Shown piece by piece: positions 23,276-24,000 of a stretch of 24,000 nt of DNA. The position numbers and the translations under genes are program-made. The notes beneath the pieces were generated by a model. The model had not been told where the DNA came from. It ran no database searches and was given only the letters and a program-made list of their open reading frames with translations. Every line of letters starts with the position of its first letter. The first letter of the stretch is position 1. The DNA is from Sulfolobus sp. S-194. Its GTDB lineage: Archaea; Thermoproteota; Thermoprotei_A; Sulfolobales; Sulfolobaceae. The stretch lies in assembly GCF_012222305.1 (NCBI RefSeq), contig NZ_CP035730.1:2606945-2630944 (forward strand). The letters run 5' to 3'.

Positions 23276-24000
23276 GTGAAAGCTGTACTTTTAGAGAATG
23301 GAAAGGTTGTAATTAAGGAGATACCTAAGCCTATAATTAAGGATAAAGGTGATGTTATAGTTAAGATGAAAGCCTGTGGATTATGTGGCACAGATGTTGA
23401 AAAAATTTGTGGACAATATACGGCATCTCAACCAATACTAGGGCATGAGCCTGCTGGAATAATAGACGAATCCAGTGTAGATTTCTTAAAACCCGGACAA
23501 AGGGTCTTTGCTCATCACCATGTCCCATGCTATGAGTGTTATTATTGTACTCACGGTAGTCCTACCATGTGCCCTTATTATAGGAAAACAAATCTTGACC
23601 CCGGCGGATTTGCTGAGTACTTTAGGGTACCAGCTTGGAATGTAGTAAGGGGAGGAATTTTAATTTTACCAGACTCTGTATCTTTTGATGAAGGAGCTTT
23701 TATAGAACCATTAGCTACTGTTGTGAGAGCGCAGAGAAGGGTAAAAATAAACAAAGGAGATAGTGTCTTAGTGGTTGGTGCTGGACCTATGGGTTTATTA
23801 CACGTCATGATGGCTAAGGCTAATGGAGCAAGTACTGTTATAGCATCTGATGTATCAGATTTTAGAATCGAATATGCTACAAAAGTAGGAGCAGACTACT
23901 CATTAAATGCGAGAAAGACTGATATATCGAGTGAAGTTAAGAAATTAACAGATGGTAGAGGAGTTGATTTAGCAATAATAGCCTCAGGGTCTCCTTCGGC
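23276..24000 (+). CDS. Zinc-dependent medium-chain alcohol/threonine/sorbitol dehydrogenase. It is partial, and its 3' end lies beyond the window end
   Basis: This gene is not in the track. I hand-translated it from the GTG at 23276: VKAVLLENGKVVIKEIPKP...ACGLCGTDVEK...GHEPAG...PCYECYYCTHGSPTMC (structural Zn CxxCxxCx7C)...VVGAGPMG (NAD fold). The frame stays open to the window end. A TATA-like atttatttta lies 20-29 nt upstream. Confidence 0.85.
   Translation, partial: MKAVLLENGKVVIKEIPKPIIKDKGDVIVKMKACGLCGTDVEKICGQYTASQPILGHEPAGIIDESSVDFLKPGQRVFAHHHVPCYECYYCTHGSPTMCPYYRKTNLDPGGFAEYFRVPAWNVVRGGILILPDSVSFDEGAFIEPLATVVRAQRRVKINKGDSVLVVGAGPMGLLHVMMAKANGASTVIASDVSDFRIEYATKVGADYSLNARKTDISSEVKKLTDGRGVDLAIIASGSPS

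Noticed and set aside
20329-23808. Track ORFs 20329..20649 +, 22701..22892 +, 23025..23279 + and 23578..23808 -
   Set aside because: They are antisense to the PUA/molybdoenzyme, M48 protease and Zn-ADH genes respectively. The last lies opposite the clearly motif-bearing ADH frame.
1-24000. tRNA, rRNA or CRISPR arrays
   Set aside because: I scanned for G+C-rich islands, which stable RNA genes would form in such AT-rich DNA, and for regularly spaced direct repeats, and found none. All gaps between CDSs are under 90 nt. This was a visual scan only; tRNAscan-SE/Infernal and a CRISPR finder would be decisive.

Overview
This is a visibly AT-rich (about one-third G+C by eye, not computed), very gene-dense archaeal chromosomal segment. 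It looks most like a Sulfolobaceae-type crenarchaeon. The supporting signs are A/T-rich TATA-like boxes about 20-35 nt upstream of start codons (consistent with short or leaderless 5' ends), many 1-16 nt start/stop overlaps, and lineage-typical genes (GAT-QueC fusion, ThiDN fusion, UPF0282 protein). I call 27 protein-coding genes, two of them truncated by the window edges and not in the supplied ORF track, plus one speculative 33-codon micro-ORF. I found no rRNA, tRNA or CRISPR array, no intact IS element, and no non-coding gap longer than about 90 bp. Most content is housekeeping or metabolic: Fe-S oxidoreductase, MrfA/Hrq1-like DUF1998 helicase, archaeosine-related GAT-QueC, VIT1 transporter, MBL-fold proteins, Xaa-Pro dipeptidase, HDAC-family deacetylase, a thiamine/kinase operon, glycosyltransferases, an aminotransferase + mu-crystallin pair, a molybdopterin oxidoreductase large subunit, an M48 protease and a Zn-ADH. 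I see no obvious multi-gene defence island. Five things merit a second look. (1) An unusually compact (277 aa) solo TnpB-like RuvC/zinc-ribbon protein has an intact catalytic triad and its own promoter but no IS ends or TnpA. Its 3' end carries a perfect 11-bp inverted repeat and overlaps the convergent deacetylase gene. (2) A stand-alone Cas4-family nuclease is translationally coupled to a processive-type GT2 synthase. (3) The DUF1998 helicase and GAT-QueC diverge from one shared A/T box. (4) A Cys-rich acidic micro-ORF fills the only gap in the thiDN operon. (5) An aminotransferase and an OCD/mu-crystallin gene overlap. All functional calls rest on motif recognition by eye; no database search was run.
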